A DNA stretch of 64,000 bases, from NCBI GenBank assembly GCA_951406725.2, contig OX597819.1, forward strand, positions 83,700,001-83,764,000, written 5' to 3'. Numbering within the stretch: the stretch's first letter is position 1; each line of letters opens with the position of its first letter. This DNA is from Octopus vulgaris (lineage: Eukaryota). Of this stretch, positions 40,232 through 53,627 are shown piece after piece. The notes beneath the pieces were generated by a model that searched no databases, was not told the origin of the DNA, and saw only the letters and a program-made list of their open reading frames with translations. The position numbers and the translations under genes are program-made.

Positions 40232-40237
<6 letters not shown>
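40039..40237 (-). mobile_element. Palindromic dual-hammerhead element, copy A
   Basis: Perfect 64-bp inverted arms 40107-40170 / 40174-40237, each with CUGAUGA...GAAA-CAG/CUG-UA; 68-bp unique tail 40039-40106; (TA)n on both sides. Confidence 0.85.
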
Positions 40238-40271
<34 letters not shown>

Positions 40272-40302
40272 ATATATCTATATCTATATATATATATATA
40301 TA

Positions 40303-40393
<91 letters not shown>

Positions 40394-40422
40394 TACATAT
40401 ATACATATATACATATATATAC

Positions 40423-40482
<60 letters not shown>

Positions 40483-41989
40483 GTATATATACGTATATAT
40501 ACTGGGCCTTTGGGGCTAATGGGAGGGAAGGAAGGAAGGGTGTAAGGAATCCTCGAAACGGAAGCCATGTTCAAATGCTTGCAACAGAGCCGACAAATAT
40601 ATGTTGTTGGACAGACAAAAGATTTTAAAATAGTTGCTGATTGATTTAATATGTACGTTGATGGAAACAGTCATTGTCAACAAAGGAAATGTTCAAATAT
40701 TGTTGTGGCGTTAATGTGTGTGTATGTGTAAGGGTGTCTTTTCTCTTCGCTAAATGATAGGGAGAGATTCGGCAGCAACACCGAGATATTCGGAGAGACA
40801 CCGCGTACACGCTACATCAGTTATTGAAATTCGATATCCGTGTATGCACGCGCGTGCGCAAATACACAGATACACGTGCACTCATATGCACGCACACATA
40901 CACACACACACACATGCACATACATATACTGAGAGAGAGGGGGGAGAAAGAAAGGAAGAGAAAATGATAGGTATAAGACAGGTTTGCGAAATGGAACTTT
41001 TGTTTTTTACTTTATATATTTTTGTAGTACTAATTCGAAATATCAAAATAGCTCTTTCTCATTACGTAAGATTTTCTCACAATTTAATGATCACATATAC
41101 CATAATTTGTAGGTAAATTCACAGTTGATAAGACAAAATGAAATTTGAAAAATGAATTTGGTAGTTTATTTAGAAAAATAAAATGGCACAAATGCAACTG
41201 AATGGTGAGAAAATAGATTTTTACAGGGGTTCCATTAATTTTTTTGGTTCAGTACCTCAAAATACCTTCTTTTTTACTTGGAAACTGCGCCAGCAATTCC
41301 TTTGTTTGTGAGCTTTTGATGGTCATTCACGATGCAATATCCAGCAGTAGCCGGCCATCATACTGACATTCCATCTTCCCTGATATCTTCTTTCCATCTC
41401 CTTCACAACTTGAAAGCTTTTCCCTTCTCTTCACTCACACCCACCAGATTTCTCAGAAAGAAATCCAAATGGGCATGTTGGAAATTAACATTATTGCTCA
41501 TTTTACACCCTAAGGCCTCAAATTTTAATAGCATTCTTCCAAGAGATATTCTTTATACTGCCAAAAGAAACAAGAGAAAATGGTTTCGAGGAACCACACT
41601 TTATACATAAGCCCATAGTTTAGATAAGTTTCTTATCAATGGATCCCATCCATTACTATTTTACTCTTGTAGACGCCCATAGTCATTCGATGTTCAAAAA
41701 CTAATCTTATAGATATTCCTTTCAAAATTCCTGTTTTGTTTATTCACTTGTGTAGGCTGAACTAAGTAAAATTTCAAAGAAACCTAGAGCAAAAGACAAA
41801 TTTTTAGCAATAAATTTTTAGCAATAAATACATCGAAAGCAAAATTTTTTCATGAAGCCATAAAATATTACATTTGCTATTTTGCTTGTGTAGAGCCCCA
41901 AAATCTTATATGAACCACAATGGGTCATATGGACTCTGGTTGAGAATCAATGGTTTAGACAGTTGACGAATTGATACCGGTGTTCCATC

Positions 41990-42413
41990 ATCTGGAACAT
42001 TATTACTATACACATAAGTGGCTGTGCAGAAGAGTTATAACTGCATTGAACAGCAACGAACAGCATCAACTGGCAGCTATGCAGGCATCTTCAAGAATAG
42101 TCAGAACTACAAATTGATAGACAATGTTATAGAACAGAATGAAATGTTTCACTACCCTCCAGAATTTTTATATTTCCTTATAACATACAGGTCTTTCGAC
42201 ACAGAGACTTCAGACAAAAAGTGATCTCTAATAATGGTGTTGGAGAATTTAGATTGAGGGCAGTTACGCAGCGGTACAAGATAAATACTTTAGAAGCTTA
42301 TTCCACATAACCCAAAGGCTATTATCACAGGGTCCGTCGCAGGAGGAAATGCAATTATATTCACAACATCACTCATACCAACGAAAGTTTTCTTTCGATT
42401 TAGAAGACTTCAG
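41990..42413 (+). mobile_element. Helitron RepHel helicase C-terminal relic
   Basis: YPPEFLYFL, IMVLENLD, QLRSGTR (LCNGTR), IITG..AGG, LIPT..FRFRRLQ; many stops. Confidence 0.8.
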
Positions 42414-42623
42414 TAGGGTGGCAGAATACTGGAAGCCTTCTAACATCCGTATTTATGTCCTTACGCATTACGGCAACAAATTTTATGTATCCTTGAGAAG
42501 CTGAAATGAGTGTTCAGAATTCCCGAGGCTATGATGGGTACAGATCTAATATCATATAAGTTATATATATATATATATAAAGCAAAAAATATTCTACCAC
42601 CTCGCCGCATCTAAGGCTTTTAA

Positions 42624-43226
42624 TATTGATTTAAAATTTTGGCAGATGGCCAGCAATTTCGGGGGAGGGGCTAAGTCGATTAGATCTACCCCAATGTTCA
42701 ACTGGTACATATTTTATCAACACCAAAAGGATGAAAGACAAAGTTGACCCTAGCGGCATTTGAACTCAGAATGTTAGAAAGCATTCTAATATCGGTTTCA
42801 AATTTTGGCTCAAGACCAGCAAGTTCTGGGGAAGGGAGAAGTCGCATCGACTCCAGTAATCAATTGGTACTTATTTTATTTCCCTCGATAGAATGAAAAG
42901 CAAAGTCGATCTCGGCAGAATTTGAACTCAGAACATAAAGACGGACGAAATACCGCTAAGCGCTTTGGCCAGCGTGATAACGATTCTGCCAAATCTGTTA
43001 AAGTGTATAAGGCGGCGAGCTGACAGAATCGTTAGCACGATGGTCAAAATGCTTAGCGGCATTTCGTCCGTCTTTACATTTTGAGTTCAAATTCCTCCAA
43101 GGACGACTGTGCCTTTCATCCTTTGGGGGTTCGATAAAATAAGAACCAATTGAAATCTGAGGTCGATGTAATCGACTTATCCCTTCCGCAAAATTGCTGG
43201 CTGTGTGTCAAAATTTGAAACTAATA
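42624..43226. mobile_element. Cluster of three family C SINEs: 42624-42775(-), 42788-42991(-), 43010-43226(+)
   Basis: Shared core; the last two are head to head about 20 bp apart. Confidence 0.88.
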
Positions 43227-43674
43227 TTAAAAGTGTATTTAATGGCGTGCTGGGCTTCATGTGTGTGTGTGTGTGTGTGTGTGTGGTTTATACTACTGCG
43301 TCTATCTGATATACTGATATTAGTTAAATGAGAAGATATCAAAGAATGTTGGAAAAACTTTATGCAATATGGGTTTTGTTGCGGATTTAGGTTTCCGTAT
43401 TTAATCGTGTTTACAGTCGAGGTGACAGAGAGAGGTGGACATTTAGGCATATGGAGATAGAACCTTGAAAATGTGATCCTCTCGTATATTTATGTCGTAA
43501 AATAAGTATATAAATTTAATGAAATGTGTGGGTTATTCAAACGGCTGTAGGGAATGAATTCCTGAAATATCAATGATATTGCTTGTCTTCTGGTTTTCGT
43601 AAATGTGTGCGCTTGTGTGCATGTACGTGTGCGTGTGCGTATGTGTGTGCATGCAGACACACACATAGATATAC

Positions 43675-43829
<155 letters not shown>

Positions 43830-43830
43830 A

Positions 43831-43972
<142 letters not shown>

Positions 43973-43978
43973 ATGGAT

Positions 43979-44015
<37 letters not shown>

Positions 44016-44753
44016 CAGACAGACATGTGGGGAAATAAGTTTAATTAACTTAATTAATAACTATTGACTGAACCTCGATACTGTATATGTTGCTATTGAT
44101 GAAGTGTGTTGTGCAAGCTTTCGGATTTAAAAAAAAATACCATTTCAGATGTGTTGTCTTTGTTTATGCTCGATTACCAGATAACGAGATCCTGTTACGA
44201 TTTAGGTGTCAGCTCACTCGACTGGTTCGGATGGATTTAATTTTTAATGAAGTGCGCTTCGGTTTTCTCGAGATATACTGCGTCTTTCTTTACCGTGGAG
44301 ATCTGTGTAGCAGCAGTGACCAAGGGAAAAAATAAAGACAAAGAGAAAGAGAATGAAGAATGAATGTGTTGGAGAAAGTGCAAGAAAGAGGAGGAAAGAC
44401 TAAGACAAAAAGAAAAGCAAGAGACATCCAGTCTATGTCGATTTGCCATACTCAGTTGTGGAGCCAGCGCTTTCTAACAGCTCGGATAAGATTAGGTTTT
44501 GAAATTATGTGGATAGGCAAAGTTGTTATATAAATAATAATTTGATTATTTGTATAATACATCAAATTGAACGCCACTTCTGAATTCAGTTGTAAAGTTA
44601 TAACAAATAAAAGGAATGAGATATGAAAGAAGGGAAAATCCATTGCACGTTTACAGTAATACAAATTATATAACTGCCATTCGTCGTGTTTCGCTGCTTT
44701 GCAGTACACTAAAGGACGATAAGTTTCAAGATTCAGATTACGGCTTGATGTTT

Positions 44754-44980
44754 GGCGAGCTGGCAGAAACGTTAGGGCGCCGGGCGAAATGCTTAGCGGT
44801 ATTTCGTCTGTCGTTACGTTCTGAGTTCAAATTCCGCCGAGGCCGACTTTGCCTTTCATCCTCTTGGGGTCGATAAATAAAGTATCAGTTTCGCACTGGG
44901 TCGATGTAATCGACTTAATCCGTTTGTCTGTCCTTGTTTGTCCCCTCTATGTTTAGCCCCTTGTGGTTAGTAAAGAAATA
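44754..44980 (+). mobile_element. SINE family C, tail type 1, near full length
   Basis: GGCGAGCTGGCAGAAACGTTAG (A box-like), GAGTTCAAATTCC (B box), core resembling the Nin/Deu SINE domain, tail ...GTCTGTCCTTGTTTGTCCCCTC...TAAAGAAATA. Confidence 0.9.
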
Positions 44981-45209
44981 TATTAAATAGATGAGCAAGC
45001 AATATTTTTCGAGGGTGGACTATGGCAAAACCTAAATTTATCACTTGAAAATTTTTCAAATTGCTCGAGAAATCAAAAGTTCACAGAACAAGTTGCTTAA
45101 GCTAATTACACTGTGTGACAATTTTTTTTTTGGGGGGGGGGTTATTTATTATTTATTATTTATTCATTTATTTATCTGCTTGCTTGCTTGCTTGTTTTTG
45201 GTCAGTACG

Positions 45210-45615
45210 TGTTATTTCCTATTTGTTTCTATCTAGAAATCAAAGGAAATTACTACTATTCCCTTCAAACTTTGCTTTTGTGACCTGGACATCAATGTTT
45301 TGAAACTAGCCTATTTTCCATTACATTTCAAACAGATTCAGTGCTGAGTTGCTGAATTTCAGAAATATTGTTATAGCAAATATTCTTCTCAATACCACAG
45401 ATTTACTGGTCAGTCGCTTGATCTTAACCACTTGAGCATATCTCTTGGTGGCTGACAAGAAATGCATCTCTGACGATGACCAGAAGTAGTGGAGGAGCAT
45501 CATAGTCATGTGCTGAGCCGCATTCTTTGGGGTTTGAATAAATGTAACAAAAGCAAAGTTTGAAGAAAATAGCCATTTTTCATACTTTCTAGAGGTATGC
45601 AAATAGGAAATAACA
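45210..45615. mobile_element. MITE-like element with ~70-bp imperfect TIRs
   Basis: TGTTATTTCCTATTTG...CTTCAAACTTTGCTTTTGT at 45210-45285, with its inverted counterpart at 45545-45615. Confidence 0.65.
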
Positions 45616-47299
45616 ATTGCTACCCAAGGATAAAATTCGTGTTACACAGTGTTATTAATGCAATAAAACTAAACATATAAAGCCAGTACAAGAAAAATAT
45701 TGCAGTGATTTTTATCGTGAAATGACAAAGACAAAAGAGTGAACCCTAAAGGAGGTCACGGATAGCCAGTGCACACACAAACAGACACACAAGCAGTCAC
45801 ACGGATGGACACATACAACCACATACATACACGTACATACACACACAAACCTTTCATTTATTCTCATCCTTAACCCCACCTTCTAACCTACACACATACA
45901 TGCAAGCATCCACACATAAGTCTGGGTCTCAGACAGACCGAAGCCGTCTTCGAAGCTAGTTGAGAAATCACGAGTTACTGAAAAGGTTGCAAACGGCGAC
46001 GAAAGAAATTTGGCGAACCAAGCAACCGATTGATTGTATAACCAACAAACAATAGATTAGTTAGTTGGATAACTATTAAGCCAATTGACTAATAATAAAG
46101 AAGTGGAACTGAACCAGTGCGTGTGCTATCATTATTGGCGTGATGACCTTCCTAAGACAACAACATTTGTTTCAACACACGAATTCACTTCAAGAATCTT
46201 GCAAACAACGAGTAAATACAAAAGCGAAAAAATAATGTGTGTAGGTATATATTGTATGTATGTATATGTGCATATATATATATATATACACTCACGCACA
46301 CACACACATACATATATATGTGTATATATATATAAGTATGTATGTGTGTGTGTGTATGTAGATGTGTGTGCGCGCGCGTGTGTGAGTGTATGTGTGTAAG
46401 GTTGCTAGAATTTGTAAATACCTCGCGATACATGCATACGTACATACATATACACACGCGAGCGCACACACACAATTTAGTGTCAGTCACGTTGGTTGTT
46501 CATTTTTCTGTAATGAATATTTTTTTTCCTTTAAACATTTGTTATTGATACAAGCCTGGTGAAAAAAAAAAAAGATCATTCGTTATCTTCGTTGGAGAAA
46601 TGTGAAGTAACACCATTTTTCGGGAAGACCATGACACCATGACTGGAGTCAGCTCTTCCAGTTCACTGAGATATCAGGAGAAGTTTCAAAGGATCTTTGA
46701 ATTGAATTAAAGCTTGTATCAATTATATATAAAGGCTAAGAAGATCCCTCAACTGGCTACATAAAAGGAGTGAAGAGTGAATGGCATCTAAAATACTCCC
46801 ACTATTAGAATATTGGTGCCAGACAGTTGTGACAACAAACCAATTACGTCAAGAAAAAATTGCAGTTACCCTCACCGACCATCAAAAAAGCATATGTGTA
46901 GAGACCAGTGAACTCTTCTCCTGAGAAGATAGTAAGCAACACGAACCACGATGCGACAAAAATAATGACAATAATAACACGGAGACGAGCATACTACTAT
47001 TACACGGAAGAGCTTATGAACAAACAGAAATGAGTGAAGGGATATAAATATCTCAAAGCACAGCTAACAGAGAAGTGCAAACAAAACTTCATTATTTAGA
47101 TTAATAAACAATTATATGAAAGAACAATTACAACACAAATCGATAACAAAAATCTGCCGATTTGATGTTATTTGTGATCGAGTGCGTTGCTTAGGAACAT
47201 TTAGCACAGATCGAAAATCCCAACTTTTGGATATTGAATGTCCTTTGTACTGCGTTTCGTGCATCATTCGCCAATAGACGGAAATAACAAAACTCAATT

Positions 47300-48398
47300 G
47301 TAGTGAGAACACACTTTAATGAATGATCTCTCTACAGACAAATGTCGGTAAACTCAGAAAAAAATATTGGACAATTAGATATTATCATCAAATGCAAAGT
47401 AAATAGTAAATTCGCGAACCACCAGCTGCGACTTTATTATAGATTATCTTAGAACTTTGGGATTCGTCGTCAAGAAATACTAACCACTAGATCAAATTCC
47501 ATTGAACACAAATTGCATGTGGTAAAAGAAAAACTTCGTTGTCGTAAGAGGTTACTAGAACATAGGACTATCAATTGCAAGTTTGCACAAAACCCACAAG
47601 TGGTATATTGCAGTATGAAGGGCTATACCATCAAGATCGTAAATGCCCCTTCCCAGAATGTTGTATAGTAACTTTGAAGAAAGATCTGGGATGTAAGCAA
47701 ACAACACAACTGTGGTGCTATGTGGTTAAATGAGCTATAGAATAAGCATTGTGCAAAAATTTCTTTCCAAAACTTATAATATCAACAGTGAAACTCCTGC
47801 CGGTAGAGAAAACTCACGTTCTACAGGGCAGTTCTTGTCAACCTGTTCAGAAGAACAGAGCGCTATACTCACTGTATTAAAATGGTAGCTGCACGTGCAA
47901 CACTAGTAGTTAAAAACTAGGAGATGCATGTAGCCAAGCCCAAAACTACAGTTCCATAATGTGTTTGAGTTTAATGCATAAATCGTTAAACAGGCTGCTT
48001 GTATATATTCTCTAAGGATTGCTGGGAAAACCATAATGAAATGACTGAAGAGTAGGGAGAAAGAAAAATGTGTGGTGCTGTGCTGAGCAACTCATCAACC
48101 GAGCTATCCTTAAGGAAACGAAGTAGCCCCACTGGAATCTACTTAATGTAGAAGTAGACTGTAAGAAGGTGCTTCACCTTGTCCCTTACTCATGGATACT
48201 TGAATCAAAGCCTTGACAAGGTTCCAACTCATATTATTGACATCATTGAGAAGCTGACAACATGGTCCACACAGCTATCGATAAGAACCGAAACTACTAC
48301 TATAGTCACTAACAAAGTTAAGATATGAATAGGAATATTTCAAGATAACAATTAATCTATAATGCTTTTCGCCCTTCCAGTGATCCCCTTTTTAGACT
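47300..48398 (+). mobile_element. R4/Dong-like non-LTR retrotransposon RT relic
   Basis: Decayed motifs F*RKIW..HN..A.WL, NYSSIMCLSLMHK (NYRPITCL..MYK), EQLINRAIL, VDCKK..LVPYSWILE (IDYKKAFDSVPHSWI), IGIFQDN (RGIFQGD). Probably resumes at about 49311-49620. Confidence 0.7.
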
Positions 48399-49310
48399 AG
48401 TTAAGGACAAGAAAAGGCAACATGATAAGATCTGCAGAAGAAAGAAAAATTAATACAGCTACACTAGGAGACGAGCAGAAGAAGCAAACTAGAGAGACAA
48501 AGAGGGAGGTGGCGATGATGCGGGAGATCCTAGAGAGGACAAGAGCAGAAGACCCAGTAAGAGGGAACTGGTACATGCCCAAATTGGAGAATGAGAACGT
48601 ATGGTGCGATGCTAGCAGCAGAGCGATAGGGATTGTAGTGGAAAGTGGAGGCCGATTCGAAAAGCTGGCGATTACAACCACATCAACGTGACTGAGTTGG
48701 ACGCAGCGCAGAAGGGAGTGAATTTGGCCCTTAAGTAGGGGCTACGCTCCATCGAAATCCGAACCGATTCGGCCACCGTGCTTGACTGAGTAGGATCAGT
48801 GATCACTGGCAAAAAGATCGTTCGAACCAAAGGGGTGGCAGAGATGTTAGTAAAGTGCCGCTTATTGATTCTAGGACAACTAGCTGCAGAATTTAGTTTG
48901 AAGCTGAACGTGGTTTTTGTGCCTTCAGAAAGGAACAAGGTAGACGTTCTAACTAGGGTGAGAAAGGCCTGGTTGGCGGAGCCAGAAGATTCGAAGCAGT
49001 GTGACGGTTAAGTGACTCGGAGCTAAGAAGAATGCATGCCATGTATCGCATGAGTGTGAATAGAACCCTGAGTCTTGCCAGGAGTGTTGACGCCGACGTC
49101 ACCAGGTAAAGCATCCAAAAGGTGTTCGGGAATTGTGATAGGTATCAATCCATTGACCCTGCTCCGGGTGTGCATGAACAGGGAAACATCTCGGTAGAGC
49201 ACAACTGGAGATGATTGGCGATGGATGTGACACCTTACCGGCAGGGGATGTATCTCTCGATATTCGACTTTGGGCCGGGTCGGATGGTCATTTGGAGGGA
49301 ATTGAAGACG
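48399..49310 (+). mobile_element. Ty3/Gypsy-like pol fragment (RNase H plus integrase N-terminus)
   Basis: VWCDASSRAIG...HINVTELDA...IRTDSATV...FVPSERNKVDVLTR (RNase H D-E-D-D), a degenerate HHCC region, then LAMDVTPY..YLSIFDFGPGRMVIWR (start of integrase core). Several stops. Confidence 0.85.
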
Positions 49311-49629
49311 TTAAACGAAGGACGAAAGCAGAAGCATAAGATATGTCCAGACGGCATGTAAATGTCATATCGCATCACTTAGACTACACATACTGAAATA
49401 TAAAGAATGAAATGGATACGGCGCGTGTATGCTCGATAGGGAAGGTAGTAGCACAATGAGATGGGTTGAAAAACATGTGAACAAGTAGTCTGAGCATACA
49501 GCTTTCCTATGTAAACCAAAGTTGACTGGGCTGACCTACTTAAACAGAAAATGTGAAGAGAAATACTCTTCAAACCAATAGAAAGTTATACATGGGTACA
49601 TATCCCGCAAGCAAAATGCTACCAAAAAA

Positions 49630-49844
49630 TATTGGTTTCAAATTTTGGCACAATTTCAAGTAAGCTGGAAGTCGATTACATTGACTCCCGGTACTCAGCT
49701 GGTACTTATTTTATCGACTCTAAAAGGATGAAAGATAATGTGGACCTCGGCAAAATTTGAACTCTGAACATATATATAGATGCATGAAATGCCGCTAAGC
49801 ATGTTACCCAGTATGCTAACGATTCTGCCAAGCTCGCCGCCTTA
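49630..49844 (-). mobile_element. SINE family C, tail type 2
   Basis: Ends at GCTCGCCGCCTT (reverse complement of the head); shared core. Confidence 0.85.
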
Positions 49845-50165
49845 ATACTACTAAATACTACTAATAATATTGACAAGAAAAGTAGTCTTTCTCGGATACT
49901 GGTTTAAGTATGCTACTTCTTTTTTTTTTTGTTTGCAATAGAGGACTAACTTCCTATTTTTATTTAAATCTTGAATTTATATGTCATGTCGCTCACCGCC
50001 AGCTTTTATTATCCAGGAAATATAATGAGTCGTTATAGTGGCTTTATAGAGGTTCTGATTGCTATTTCTAGACATGTAAGTGTTTTTATGACCCTCTCCG
50101 TTATAATTGTGATTTATTCACAATTATATACTCTTCTTTTATATTTGCAAACACATACACACACA

Positions 50166-50194
<29 letters not shown>

Positions 50195-50196
<2 letters not shown>

Positions 50197-50394
50197 TTAT
50201 TATATAGAAGGAGCTTCTACAGGACTAGTACTGTTTCATTCAAGAGAAATCTTCAGGAAGCTTCCTGAAGATTTCTCTTGAATGAAACAGTACTAGTCCT
50301 GTAAAGCTCCTTCTATATAATAAATTAATTTTACTCTGCTATGTATTGAGTACCTTACTTACTGTGGTTAACCCCGAATCAACCCGGGACCTAC
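50195..50394 (+). mobile_element. Palindromic dual-hammerhead element, copy B
   Basis: Arms 50195-50260 / 50261-50325 with no spacer and one 1-bp deletion; core CUGAAGA on both strands; tail 50326-50394 matches copy A; (TA)n flanks. Confidence 0.85.
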
Positions 50395-50444
<50 letters not shown>

Positions 50445-50590
50445 TTGTGTATGTGTGTGTGTGTGTGTATGTGTGTGTGTATGCGTGTATATATATATAT
50501 GTATATATATAAGCATACGTACATACATATGGAGGTCTTCTTTCAGTTTTCATCTACCAAATCTACTCACAGCCCTACGATATAGTAGAA

Positions 50591-51124
<534 letters not shown>

Positions 51125-52208
51125 ATATATATTTGGTAGATTAAGACTGAAAGAAGACTGAAAGAAGACCTCCATATGTACGTATGTATGCTTATGTATA
51201 TATAGATATATATACATACATATATACATGCATATATATATATATATATATACACATACACATATATATATACATGTGTATATGAGTATACGCACACACG
51301 CACACATACATATGCGCATGTGATCAAATGTACATGTGTGTGTGTGTGTGCATATACACACACATGCATTATGTGGGCGATATTTTCAACTGAAACGTTC
51401 CAATTGTATCTGATTCTTCAAGTACTTCAATTCTCTGTAAGTACATGTATTTACAAGATTGCTAACATCTATTAATAGTTTTTTTTTTTCCCCATTGTAT
51501 TGATGTGTCATTTCCTATCATCAATGAAACTGTCGGCATTTCTGACGGACGACACGAGTATGTTAGTATTTAATTAATATGGTATTGAAATTAGCACAAA
51601 AATTATTTGTGAAAATGGTAGCTAATTGGATGATCCTGGCAGATAATTTTGTGAGGGTTCTAAATATGCAGTGTTTTTCGTGTGATCCCTAAAAAGAAAA
51701 TACATGCTCTAGTCCTTTGTTGAGAATCACCCTTTTTTTTATAGCATACGATATCATTTGTCGTTTCTTTTATTTGTTTAAGTCATTGAACATGCTATAG
51801 CACCATCTTACAGGGTTTTAGACGAACAGGTCGATCCCATGAGTTCTTTTTATGTTTGGTACTAATTTTATCTGTCTGTTTGGCTGAACTGATAAGTTAG
51901 GGCACATGAATAAACCAACATTTATTGCCAAATGCTGAAGTGGGCACACACACACATGCAAATTAGTAGCCCAGTTTTCTGTAGCTACTGTAATTGTCGA
52001 GTTTATAAACAGGTTGGCTTCTTGTTTCTCCAAGACTGGTCAAATTGGTATAGACACTTCCGAGGAGGGTCCAATAAGATTCGAAAATTGATTAAGGGTG
52101 TTCATCATTTTTTAATCCACGGAGAAATAATTCCTGTTTATAAAGGTACTATATAGGTTACATATATATTTTTCACTTACTAGACATTAGTCAGCTAGGG
52201 GCTATATA

Positions 52209-52552
52209 CTGGGTTGTCCGGAAAGTTCGTGTCGATTTTTAAAGGAAAACAAAGGTCAATAAATACTTGCCATTACATTTTAATCAACCAAATATGAACC
52301 ATTTTGTTACACAATGCGTCTCCATCTTTCCTTTAACTTGAAAATACCCTCTTCTCAGAATTGAGGTGGTTTTAGGTACCTTTTTACGTCATCCAAGGAA
52401 TTGAAATTTTTACCATTAAGACTATTCTGCAGAGACCTGAATAAGTGGAAATCCGAAGGAGCAATATCTGGTGAATATGGACTCAAACATGTTCTAAAAT
52501 AAGTCGAAAGGTAAGCTACAATAAATCGGTACGAACTTTCCGGACAATCCAA
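52209..52552 (-). mobile_element. Internally deleted mariner (344 bp)
   Basis: 32-bp TIRs (27/32), TA on both sides. Retains only SPYSPDIAPSDFHLFRSLQNSLNGKNF and the following C-terminus. Confidence 0.92.
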
Positions 52553-53472
52553 TAGAAGACCTTTGCCCTCGGTGTCGCACTGTGAAACTGCACCCGAAAT
52601 CAAATGGCTGTAAAGTGAGCTTCGTAACTACGCAGTCATACCTGGAAAGGTGAATGCTATGGTTTTTGTGTGTTCCTAAATGGCGAACACCACTTATCAA
52701 GGGTATAGCTATTTCAGTTTCAATTAGTCACTAAGTGTATAAAGGATGTATCGAAATTTTTATTAACTTTGCAAAAATGGATGAGCCGACAGAACCGTTT
52801 GCAAATTGTACAAAATGCTTAGAAGCATTTATTTCATGGAGCTCTTCACATTCTGATTTCAAATCACGCCGAGATCTACTTCGGCGCAAGCATTGCAATG
52901 TAGTTAAGAAGCTCACTTTGTAACCATGCTCTTTCGGGTTTAGTCACACAGCGCTGTATCTACATAGGACGTGTGTCTTCTACTATAGCCCCGGGTCGAC
53001 CAATGCCTGCTGAGTGAATTTGCGAAACGGAAATTGTGTGGAAGCCCATCGTATACGTGTGTGTGTGTGTGTGTGTTTGTCCCCCACCACCCTTTGACAA
53101 CTGGTTTTGGTTTGTTTACGTCTCCGTAATTTTGCAGTTCAGTAGAAGAGACTAAGAACCATACTATGGTCGACTTGTTTAATGAAACCCTTCAAGGCGG
53201 TGCTCCAGCATGGCCCGCACTTCTATGACTGAAACAAGTAAAAGAAAATCAATAGTATTTGAAAAGGGTAGTGGATAATTTTACTGAAATCGCTGACCTT
53301 TCAATGACCAATTCTTTGGATGAGTTAACATGTTTGTCTGCTCGATCAAAGCTGACCTGGGGCTATACACCAACAACTTTAAACATAAAAGAAATAACAT
53401 TTAAAATATTTAATACAATCATAGAATAAATCATATACAATTTTTTGTTCATTGCGTGTAATTTTTTAATGT

Positions 53473-53474
<2 letters not shown>

Positions 53475-53567
<93 letters not shown>

Positions 53568-53627
53568 CGGCGGCGGCGGCGGTGGTGGTGGTGGTGGTGG
53601 TGGAGGAGGAGGAGGAGGAGGAGGAGT
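53475..53627. repeat. Compound microsatellite (CAG)n(TAG)n(GCG)n(GTG)n(GAG)n
   Basis: Read directly. Confidence 0.95.
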
